From: Candidatus Eiseniibacteriota bacterium | Lineage (GTDB): Bacteria; Eisenbacteria; RBG-16-71-46 | DNA: 64,000 nucleotides | Reading direction: 5' to 3' | Assembly (NCBI GenBank): GCA_038231135.1 | Contig: JBBRLX010000001.1 | Coordinates: 128,001-192,000 of the forward strand | Part shown: piece by piece, positions 31,043-38,596 of the stretch | Layout of the letters: the number at the start of each line of letters is the position of its first letter | How positions within the stretch are numbered: the first letter of the stretch is position 1 | Made by a program: the position numbers and the translations under genes | Notes under the pieces: generated by a model | The model's database searches: none | Told to the model about the DNA's origin: nothing | What the model saw: the letters and a program-made list of their open reading frames with translations, nothing else

Positions 31043-31070
31043 TCAAGGCCCGCCAAGCCCGCGCCGATAC
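31043..31070 (+). promoter_or_regulatory. Putative sigma28 promoter upstream of mglA
   Basis: TCAAG-15 nt-GCCGATAC, intergenic, ~250 nt before mglA start. Confidence 0.55.
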
Positions 31071-31318
31071 CCACGCTGGAGTCGTCGGCAGGCAGAAGCA
31101 GCCCGGCGTGGTGCGATTCTCGAGCTCCGGCCGTCGTGGGACGCCGGGAGCGAGGATCGCGACCTCATCCGGTGCGAGGGATGTCCCCAACAGCGTGCTT
31201 TGCATCCTCGCGGGGCATTCGCCAGCGCCTTCGAAGTTCCCTTTGGAGAAAGGGCGGCAAGGGGCTCCATTGGGTTCGGCTTCGTGACAGGGTGGGGTCG
31301 CTTAAGGAGGATACGACC

Positions 31319-32476
31319 GTGGTGGTGGTGAGCTATTCCGGCAAGGAAATCAACGCGAAGCTCGTGTACTACGGTGCCGGGCTGAGCGGAAAGACCACCA
31401 ACCTCGAGTCGATCTACGAGGCGGTTCCCGATACCAGCCGCGGCAAGATGGTGAGCATGAAGACGCAGTCCGACCGGACGCTGTTCTTCGACCTGCTGCC
31501 GCTCGATCTCGGCGAGATCATGGGGTTCAAGACCCGCTTCCTGCTCTACACGGTCCCGGGGCAGGTGTTCTACAACGCCACGCGCAAGCTGGTGCTCAAG
31601 GGCGCGGATGCCGTGGTGTTCGTCGCGGACTCGGAAGTCGGCAAGATGGACGAGAATCGCGAGAGCCTCGGGAACCTCCGCACGAACCTGTCCGAATACG
31701 GACTAAGGCTCGAGGAGATTCCCTGGGTGCTGCAGTACAACAAGCGCGACCTCGACAACGTGTATTCGGTCGAGGACCTGAACGCCGCGCTCAATCCCGA
31801 CGGCACGGTGCCGTGGTTCGAAGCCGTGGCGAACCAGGGCAAAGGCGTGTTCGAGACGTTCCGCGGCGTGTCGCATCTGTTGATGGAGAAGGTGACGCGC
31901 GACCTGCGGCGCACGCCGCTGACCGGTCCGGGCTCACGGGGGCGCGCCGCCGACACGCACGCTCCGGCGCCGTCCGATCCGCTCGGCCTGTCGGGTCTCG
32001 CGCCCGCCGCCGCCGACGCCGCGCCCGCCGCGGAATTCCGCATGGACTTCGGTCGTGAGCTGACGTTGCCGGGCCCTGGCCCGGTGTCGAGCACTCCCGC
32101 GGCCACGGCGGCACCGGAACGCGCGGCGCCGCCGGCGTTGCGGCGTCCCGAGGTCGCGACGGCGCCCAGCGCCGCCGCCCGCCCCGCGGTCGCTCCGCCG
32201 CCGCCGGCCCACCCGCCTCAGAGTTTCGCGCCGACGGTGGTCGCTCAGGCGCCGCCGTTGTCGCCCGCCATGCTCCAGCCCGAGCCGTTCCTCACCGGGG
32301 TGCGTCCGCAGTCGGCGCCCGCGGCGGCGCCCGCGCGGCCGGGCCTTCACACTGAGCACGTGGAGCTGGCGCACGACACGAGCGCCGATGTGACCGAGGC
32401 CGTGATTCCGATCACCATCGCGGCCGGAGCCTCGCGCGAGATCGTGCTGCGGATCGTCATCACCCATTCCGAATAG
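31319..32476 (+). CDS. mglA: MglA-family small GTPase with long Pro/Ala-rich C-terminal extension
   Basis: 'EINAKLVYYGAGLSGKTTNL', 'DRTLFFD', 'LYTVPGQVFY', 'QYNKRDL'; SD AAGGAGG. Confidence 0.88.
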   Translation: MVVVSYSGKEINAKLVYYGAGLSGKTTNLESIYEAVPDTSRGKMVSMKTQSDRTLFFDLLPLDLGEIMGFKTRFLLYTVPGQVFYNATRKLVLKGADAVVFVADSEVGKMDENRESLGNLRTNLSEYGLRLEEIPWVLQYNKRDLDNVYSVEDLNAALNPDGTVPWFEAVANQGKGVFETFRGVSHLLMEKVTRDLRRTPLTGPGSRGRAADTHAPAPSDPLGLSGLAPAAADAAPAAEFRMDFGRELTLPGPGPVSSTPAATAAPERAAPPALRRPEVATAPSAAARPAVAPPPPAHPPQSFAPTVVAQAPPLSPAMLQPEPFLTGVRPQSAPAAAPARPGLHTEHVELAHDTSADVTEAVIPITIAAGASREIVLRIVITHSE

Positions 32477-32582
32477 TCAGCGAACGTCAGCGTCCAGTGG
32501 GCCCTTAGGCCCCCCTGGCCCCCGGCGTTCGGAATGCCATGTCCGGACCCGGTTATTTTTGCCGGCCGCGATTCCTGGGCCA

Positions 32583-32611
32583 TTGACAGGCGGGAGCGAC
32601 CTTCCTAAATT
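32583..32611 (+). promoter_or_regulatory. Sigma70 promoter, near-leaderless transcript
   Basis: TTGACA-17 nt-TAAATT ending 9 nt before ATG 32621; no SD. Confidence 0.65.
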
Positions 32612-32620
32612 GAATACACC

Positions 32621-33091
32621 ATGAAGACCTCGCGCGCAGTCTTGATCGGTTGGGCCGCGGTTGCCGTGTTCAGTGCCGGCGCGGCATTCGCAGAGCCGTT
32701 CGGAAGCAATCCCGCCACAGACGGCGGCTGGTCTCCCCGGGTCCCCATCACCGGGCTTGCGCGTCCCATGGCCGGTCTCGACCTGTCGCGCCTGCACCTC
32801 ACGACCTCGATCTCGGTCGGCTCGGGGTTCACCGGCGGTGCCGAGGGCCTGCAGACGACCAGCCTCAGCTATCAGTTCCGCGCACCGCTCGCCATGCAGG
32901 TCAGCATCGGCAACGCGTTCGGCGCGTCGGCTCAGCGCGGCGCCAACAACTTCTTCCTGCAGGGCCTGGATCTGGCCTACCGGCCCACCGCGAACACCGC
33001 GTTCTCGATCCACTATCAGAACCTGCGGTCGCCGCTCCAGTACGGCTACAGCCCGTACGGCTACGGGCCGGAATACTTCGGCCAGCGCTGA
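32621..33091 (+). CDS. Exported hypothetical protein
   Basis: Signal peptide ending AFA; beta-strand-like segments; Tyr/Gly-rich tail. Confidence 0.75.
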   Translation: MKTSRAVLIGWAAVAVFSAGAAFAEPFGSNPATDGGWSPRVPITGLARPMAGLDLSRLHLTTSISVGSGFTGGAEGLQTTSLSYQFRAPLAMQVSIGNAFGASAQRGANNFFLQGLDLAYRPTANTAFSIHYQNLRSPLQYGYSPYGYGPEYFGQR

Positions 33092-33124
33092 ACCTTCGCC
33101 GGCCGCCGCTCTCCCCGTAACATC

Positions 33125-33910
33125 GTGACCCGGCTCGACCCCGCCTTCGCCGCGGCGCGCGGGCGCACCCGGCTCATTCCCTACCTCACCGCCGGCTATC
33201 CATCGCTCGAGGAGTCGCTGGAGCTGATGCGCGGCTTCACCCGCGCCGGAGCAATCGCGATCGAGGTGGGAATGCCGTTCTCCGACCCGATCGCCGACGG
33301 CGCCGAGATCCAGCGCGCTTCGGAGTGGGCGGTCCGTAACGGCGTCGGCGTTCCCGAGGTGCTGGACCTGGTGGCCGCGTTCCGCCGCGAGTCGGCGGTG
33401 CCGGTGGTGGTGATGACCTACGCCAACCCGATCGTGCACTTCGGCGCCGGGAGCTTCGCGGACGCCGCGGTCGCTGCCGGCGTCGACGGCGTGCTGATCT
33501 CGGACCTGCCGCCCGACGAGTCGCCTGACCTGTGGCGCGCCATGGATGCCGTGGCACTCGACACGGTGACGCTGGTTGCGCCCACCACACCCGCGGCCCG
33601 CCTGCCGGCGATCGTCGCCCGCTGCCGCGGCTTCGTCTACTGCCTCGCACGCATGGGCGTCACCGGCCGGTCCGCCGGCGAGTCGGCGGCGCTGCCGGAG
33701 CGCATCGCCGAGCTGCGCGCGCTCACGCGGCTGCCGATCGCGGTCGGCTTCGGCATCTCGACCCCCGCCGCGGCACGCGCGCTCAAGGGGCAGGTGGCCG
33801 CCGTGGTCGTGGGCGCGGCGTTCATGCGCGCAGTGGCGCAGGATCCCGCGCACGGCGTCGCCGATCGCGTGGCCGCCCTGGCCCTCGAGCTGGCGGCGGC
33901 GCTGGACTAG
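33125..33910 (+). CDS. trpA: Tryptophan synthase alpha chain
   Basis: 'IPYLTAGYP', 'IEVGMPFSDPIADG', 'GVTG', 'VGFGIS'. Confidence 0.93.
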   Translation: MTRLDPAFAAARGRTRLIPYLTAGYPSLEESLELMRGFTRAGAIAIEVGMPFSDPIADGAEIQRASEWAVRNGVGVPEVLDLVAAFRRESAVPVVVMTYANPIVHFGAGSFADAAVAAGVDGVLISDLPPDESPDLWRAMDAVALDTVTLVAPTTPAARLPAIVARCRGFVYCLARMGVTGRSAGESAALPERIAELRALTRLPIAVGFGISTPAAARALKGQVAAVVVGAAFMRAVAQDPAHGVADRVAALALELAAALD

Positions 33911-33927
33911 GCGGGCTCCCGAGGACC

Positions 33928-33972
33928 CTCCCGGTGAAATACTACGCGGCCGCGAAGCACCCTCACCGGAAG
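33928..33972. terminator. Hairpin between convergent units
   Basis: CCGGTGA (33931-33937) / TCACCGG (33963-33969) inverted repeat; no clear U-tract. Confidence 0.35.
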
Positions 33973-34005
33973 AGTCATACGTTCAGGAGATGGCGGGCGT
34001 CGTGA

Positions 34006-34062
34006 TCAGCGACGGATCCACCACAACAGATCCAACAACAGAACCAGCAGAGCGAATTCCAC
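34006..34062 (-). CDS. 18-aa hydrophobic small ORF MEFALLVLLLDLLWWIRR
   Basis: GTG start, SD GGGAGG 6 nt upstream, TGA stop; below the ORF-track size limit. Confidence 0.45.
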   Translation of the reverse strand: MEFALLVLLLDLLWWIRR

Positions 34063-34168
34063 GGCTGACCTCCCGTTTCAGAGGTCACGCTTCCGTTGCG
34101 CGGTCAACCGCGATCCACATCCGCCCGTGGGTTGGCAGCGCGGGCGGCGGAGGCGGCGCTCTGTCGCC

Positions 34169-36646
34169 TCACCTGAACCCTTCGGCAGCCAGGCGTGGCC
34201 ACTTGAGTTCGTTCTTGGGTAGGGCCACCCCGGTTCGGACGGGATCCGTGAGCTGGCGCAGCACCACGACCGTGATGTCGTCGAGCTCGCGGTCGCTGAA
34301 CGCCCGTACTTCGGCCAGCAGCGCGGCCAGCACATCGGTCGCCCTGCGGCCCGCGTGGGCATCGAGCACCTGCCGCACGCCCTCGACGCCGAACAACTCG
34401 TCGCCCCGGCGCGCCTCGGTGAGGCCGTCGGTGTAGATCACCACCATATCGCCGGCCTCGAGCACCACGCTCTGGTCCGGATAGCCGGCGCCGAGGCTCA
34501 CCCCGAGCAGCACGCCGCCCGTGGTCAGCTCCTCGAAGCTGCCGTCCCTCCGGCGCAGCAGCGGGGGCGTCAGGCCGGCGTTCGCGAATTCGAGGCCGCC
34601 CCGGGCGACGTCGAACCGGGCGCACACCAGGCCCACGAACTTCTCCGGGCGGTCGAGGCCCACGAGTTCGCGATTCAGCGCCCCCAGCAGGGCACCCGGG
34701 GTCAGGCCGCGCCGCGCCTCGCTGCGGAACCGCGCCTGGACGCCGGCGAGCACGAGCGCCGCCGGCACGCCCTTGCCGGCCGCGTCGCCCACGGCCAGCG
34801 TGAACTCCCGGCCGGGTCCGGTGACGAAGTCGTAGTAGTCGCCGCCGACGCTCTCGCTCGACAGCGCGGCCGCCGCGCAATCGAGCGTGGGGTAGACCGG
34901 CGCCCGGCGCGGGAGCAGGTGCGCCTGGATCGCGCCCGCCTCCCGCAACTCCCGGTCGATGTGCACCCGGCCGTGGGCCGCGCGCCTCAGCTCGGCGTTC
35001 TCGAGGGTGACGCCGAGGTGGACTGCGAACCGTTCGAGCTCGAACAATTCGTGCCGGCCGAGCCACGAGCCGGCGAGCCGGCGGCCGAGCAGTGCGATCC
35101 CGCGCACGGGGTCGTGTCCGATCGGCAGCAGCCAGCGAACGCCGGCACGCTCGAGCGCCTCGCGACCGGCATCGACGTCGAGGTCCTCGATCGGGCGCAC
35201 GCCGGGGTGGTCCAGCGCCGCATGGGCGTGTGGGCCCAGCGGCGCCGACGCGATGCCGGCTGAGCCGGCGCGCACCACGACCCGGCCGTCGTCAGGGTCG
35301 AGCGCGACCAGCGCGCAGCCGTCGAGCCGCAGCGCGCGCTGCACCACGCGACAGGCGTCCTCGAGCACGAGATCGGTCGAGCGTTCGTGGACCTCGGGCT
35401 CGAGTGCGACCCACGCCGCGAGCGATTCCGGCTCCACGCCCGGGATGACGCGGCTGCCGAGCGATCGCATCCACGGCGTGAGCGGCCCGGTCACGCACGC
35501 GGCCAGCGTCACGAGCGCCAGGGCGCCGCCGGCGATGCCGGCGCCCAGGTCCGGCCACCAGGCCGCCGCGAGCCATTCGCCGCTCACGTACATTGCCGCG
35601 CCCGCCGCGGCCAGCAGCAGCGTCACCGCCCCGGCGCGCAGCGCCACCCGGAAGTCGAACACCGAATGGACGACCGCCGCCCACGCGAACGAGGCCGGGA
35701 CGAGCAGCGTGAGCAGCACGACGACCCGCTCGCCGGGCAGCGGCGCCGCGGGCGCGACGTTGCGCAGCAGTACGAACGTGGTGAGCGGCCCCGCGCCGAG
35801 CACGGTGCCGCCGAGCGCGACGCGCAGCCGCCGGCGGGTGTCGCCGGGCGCCGCGCGGACGTACTCGATGACGAACAGCACGAACGACGTGCCGATGCCG
35901 GCGGCGAACCACAGCGCGGCCGCGGTCTGGAGCGCGACATCGAGCGGCCCGATCACGAGTCCCGCCTGGCGGCCGAGCGGCACCGCCAGCGACACCGCGA
36001 ACAGCGTGGTCGCGACCACGTAGCCGAACCGCACCAGCGCCCGCAGTCCACCGTGCGGCGTCCGGTCGGGGAACAGCGCGAGGAAGTGCAGGAACAGCGC
36101 GGGGAGGTAGACGTTGACCGCGGCCAGCACGACGCCGTACGCGACGGTCGCCGCGCGGGACTCCCAGCGTGGCAATGGCGCCAGCCACACCGCAAATCCC
36201 ATGCACAACAGGAAGAACGCGCGCATCAGCGGGTCGCGGCGCTCGCTCCACACCCAGCCGCCGATCAGCACGAAGCCGGCGCCCACCAGCAGCAACAGCG
36301 CCATCATGCGCCGATCGCCGCCGGGCAGCGTGCCCGGGACGACCCACAGCGTGCGCCGCGTGCCGGCGCGATCGATCGTGACCGTAACCGGCCGGCCGGG
36401 CACGCAGTCATCGAGCAGGTGATCGGGGTCGCGTTCGGTCTCGGCGCCGGACACGGCCAGCAGGCGGTCGCCGGCCCGGGCGCCGGCGCGGGCGGCGGGG
36501 CTGCCGGGCAGCACGGTGACGACTTCGCCGTTGCGGGACAGGAACCCCGTATAGGCGCGGTGCGGCAGGCTCCAGGCGGACACCACGAGCAGCGCCGCGA
36601 TGGGAACGACGAGCCACGACAGCAGTGAGGAAGCGCTCCGATCCAT
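34169..36646 (-). CDS. PDZ - multi-TM - GAF-like - PP2C/SpoIIE phosphatase (RsbU-like)
   Basis: PDZ '[23 protein letters not shown]'; TM block; 'GGDYYD', 'VGDAAGKG', 'YTDGLTE', 'DDITVV'. Confidence 0.85.
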   Translation of the reverse strand: MDRSASSLLSWLVVPIAALLVVSAWSLPHRAYTGFLSRNGEVVTVLPGSPAARAGARAGDRLLAVSGAETERDPDHLLDDCVPGRPVTVTIDRAGTRRTLWVVPGTLPGGDRRMMALLLLVGAGFVLIGGWVWSERRDPLMRAFFLLCMGFAVWLAPLPRWESRAATVAYGVVLAAVNVYLPALFLHFLALFPDRTPHGGLRALVRFGYVVATTLFAVSLAVPLGRQAGLVIGPLDVALQTAAALWFAAGIGTSFVLFVIEYVRAAPGDTRRRLRVALGGTVLGAGPLTTFVLLRNVAPAAPLPGERVVVLLTLLVPASFAWAAVVHSVFDFRVALRAGAVTLLLAAAGAAMYVSGEWLAAAWWPDLGAGIAGGALALVTLAACVTGPLTPWMRSLGSRVIPGVEPESLAAWVALEPEVHERSTDLVLEDACRVVQRALRLDGCALVALDPDDGRVVVRAGSAGIASAPLGPHAHAALDHPGVRPIEDLDVDAGREALERAGVRWLLPIGHDPVRGIALLGRRLAGSWLGRHELFELERFAVHLGVTLENAELRRAAHGRVHIDRELREAGAIQAHLLPRRAPVYPTLDCAAAALSSESVGGDYYDFVTGPGREFTLAVGDAAGKGVPAALVLAGVQARFRSEARRGLTPGALLGALNRELVGLDRPEKFVGLVCARFDVARGGLEFANAGLTPPLLRRRDGSFEELTTGGVLLGVSLGAGYPDQSVVLEAGDMVVIYTDGLTEARRGDELFGVEGVRQVLDAHAGRRATDVLAALLAEVRAFSDRELDDITVVVLRQLTDPVRTGVALPKNELKWPRLAAEGFR

Positions 36647-36735
36647 GGTGCCCTCCCGATGCCTCGCATGGAGGCTGGCGTATGGCGGGGGAGGTGTCAA
36701 GGACCGGGCGGGCCGCACCCGGCGACGGTGTTGCT

Positions 36736-36764
36736 TTGATGCGCCGCTATATTCAGGCTATTCT
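36736..36764 (+). promoter_or_regulatory. Putative sigma70 promoter upstream of csrA
   Basis: TTGATG-17 nt-TATTCT. Confidence 0.4.
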
Positions 36765-36768
36765 CGCG

Positions 36769-36797
36769 TTAAGCCGTCCGGGGTGTCTGGCCGATAC
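36769..36797 (+). promoter_or_regulatory. Putative sigma28 promoter for csrA-flgM-like unit
   Basis: TTAAG-16 nt-GCCGATAC ending ~50 nt before csrA ATG. Confidence 0.6.
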
Positions 36798-36848
36798 GCA
36801 TGTCGTCGGGGAAGTGGTTCCCGGCGTCGGAGCGGAGGAAGCAGCACA

Positions 36849-37073
36849 ATGCTGGTCCTAACACGGAAGTTAGGCGAGAACATTCGGATCGGTGATTCGG
36901 TGAAGATCACCGTTCTGGAGGTGCGGTCCGGCCAGGTCAAGCTGGGGATCGAAGCTCCGCCCGAGGTCAAAGTTCACCGAGAAGAGATCTATGCCCGAAT
37001 CCAGGAAGAGAACCGCCGCGCGCAAGGGAAGGGTGAAAATCCCGGACCTGCGCGTGATCCCGAATCCCGGTAA
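36849..37073 (+). CDS. csrA: Carbon storage regulator CsrA
   Basis: '[16 protein letters not shown]...[22 protein letters not shown]'. Confidence 0.95.
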   Translation: MLVLTRKLGENIRIGDSVKITVLEVRSGQVKLGIEAPPEVKVHREEIYARIQEENRRAQGKGENPGPARDPESR

Positions 37074-37206
37074 CACATCCCAGCCGACCATTCGGTGGGC
37101 CAAGGTGATGACCGCGCAGACACGCGTCGCCGAGGGCTACTACGATCGCGATGACGTGCGCAATCGGCTCCTGACCGAAGTGCTGACCGAGTTGATGAAG
37201 CACTGA
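37033..37206 (+). CDS. Small FlgM C-terminal-like protein (57 aa)
   Basis: '[32 protein letters not shown]' resembles the FlgM R..KV..i+.+I..G.Y motif; overlaps csrA by 41 nt; terminator follows. Confidence 0.55.
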   Translation: MKIPDLRVIPNPGNTSQPTIRWAKVMTAQTRVAEGYYDRDDVRNRLLTEVLTELMKH

Positions 37207-37231
37207 GGACATTCCAGCACTGTTCCGCCCG

Positions 37232-37262
37232 AGCCCGTCCCGCAACCGGGGCGGGCTTTGTC
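37232..37262 (+). terminator. Intrinsic terminator-like hairpin
   Basis: AGCCCGTCCCG-CAAC-CGGGGCGGGCT followed by TTGT. Confidence 0.6.
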
Positions 37263-37369
37263 GCGTCCGCCGCGGTCGATGCGGCGTCGCGCACACTGCA
37301 ACGCCGCGCCGGCACGGCTTGGCCATTCCGGAAGCGTTTGCGATACTGGGCGTCCCGTATGGAGGCACC

Positions 37370-38596
37370 ATGACGCTCGTGAGCGCGCCACCCGCCGGAA
37401 CGCGCGCCCGGCTGCCACTGAACGCGCTGCTGCGCGCGGTGCTGCAGGATTCGGACGCCGGCATCCTCGTGCTCGACGCCCGGGGCCGGGTGCGCGAGAT
37501 CAATCCCGCCGCCGAACGCCTGCTGTCGGTACGGGCCGCCGACGTGCGCCTGACCGCGGCGCGGACCCTGATCCACACGGTGGTCGCCGGCGACGATCCG
37601 GTGGACGATGCGTTCCGCGCCGCGAGCTTCGAACGCGACACCGTGCTCGTGAACGGCGCCGGCATCGAAGTGCCGGTGGCGGTGCGCGGGTTCCGCCTCG
37701 GCCGGCCGCCATGGGTGGTGCTCACGCTCCGCGATCTCACCCAGAGCCGGCGCATGCAGCAGGAGCTGCGGCGCAACGAGCGGCTGGCGACGCTGGGGCA
37801 GCTGTCGGCGGGCGTGGCGCACGAGATCCGCAATCCGCTGGCCGGCATCGGCACCAGCGCCCAGGTGCTGCTGCGGCGGTTCGAGCCCCGCGACGACCGC
37901 GCGCGATTCGTCCAGGTGATTCTCGACGAGGTGGCGCGGCTCGATCGCATCGTCACGAGCCTGCTGGAGTACGCGCGGCCGCGCACCCCGGAACTCGCGG
38001 CCGCGGATCTCGAGTCGTGCGTGGCCAAGGTGCGGGAGCTCACTGCCGTCGAGGTCGCCGCCGCGGGCATCACGGTGGAGGTCGACGCGACGCCGAGGGT
38101 GCCGGCGGTGTACCTCGACGAGGACCTCATCACCCAGGTGCTGCTCAACGTGACGCTGAACGCCATTCATGCGATGCCGAACGGGGGCACGCTGCGCTAC
38201 GAGGTGCGCAAGATCCGGCGCCGTGCGGCGCCGCGCAGCCCGGGGCGCCGCGCCTCGGATGCGCGCGGCCGCGTGGGCGAGGCCCCGCCGCGCCGCTCGC
38301 CGGACGGCGACTGGATCCACTACCGGCAGGTGCGCGTGATCGATACCGGTATCGGCATCTCGCGCCACGTGCTGCCCAAGCTGTTCGATCCGTTCTTCTC
38401 CACCAAGCCGCGTGGTACCGGGCTCGGACTGTCGATCTGTCAGACCATCATGCAGGAGCACGGCGGCGCCATCGAGGTGGCGAGTCGCGAAGGCCGCGGC
38501 ACGACGGTGCTCCTCAGCTTCCCCCTGGAGAAACGCCATGGCGAGAGACGCGAGTCCTCCGGCCACGCAGACCGCGTACACGCTGCTCGTCGTTGA
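37370..38596 (+). CDS. Cytoplasmic PAS histidine kinase (NtrB/FleS-like)
   Basis: PAS 'GILVLD..GRV..INPAAE'; H-box 'AHEIRNPL'; N, G1, F, G2 boxes. Confidence 0.9.
   Translation: MTLVSAPPAGTRARLPLNALLRAVLQDSDAGILVLDARGRVREINPAAERLLSVRAADVRLTAARTLIHTVVAGDDPVDDAFRAASFERDTVLVNGAGIEVPVAVRGFRLGRPPWVVLTLRDLTQSRRMQQELRRNERLATLGQLSAGVAHEIRNPLAGIGTSAQVLLRRFEPRDDRARFVQVILDEVARLDRIVTSLLEYARPRTPELAAADLESCVAKVRELTAVEVAAAGITVEVDATPRVPAVYLDEDLITQVLLNVTLNAIHAMPNGGTLRYEVRKIRRRAAPRSPGRRASDARGRVGEAPPRRSPDGDWIHYRQVRVIDTGIGISRHVLPKLFDPFFSTKPRGTGLGLSICQTIMQEHGGAIEVASREGRGTTVLLSFPLEKRHGERRESSGHADRVHAARR

Noticed and set aside
31080..31110. 'CAGGCAGAAGCAGC' resembling the SRP RNA core
   Set aside because: Lacks the CAGG-N-CCGGAAGG-AAGCAGC helix-tetraloop arrangement.
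34006..34062. The WW-containing peptide as a trp attenuator for trpA
   Set aside because: It lies downstream of trpA on the opposite strand; kept only as a small-peptide finding.
36720..36735. CGGCGACGGTGTTGCT as a sigma54 promoter for csrA
   Set aside because: Spacing fits but the -24 box is poor, and sigma70 and sigma28 candidates sit closer; not supportable.
37310..37324. CGGCACGGCTTGGCC as a sigma54 promoter for the kinase
   Set aside because: GG-to-GC spacing is one base short of the strict requirement.
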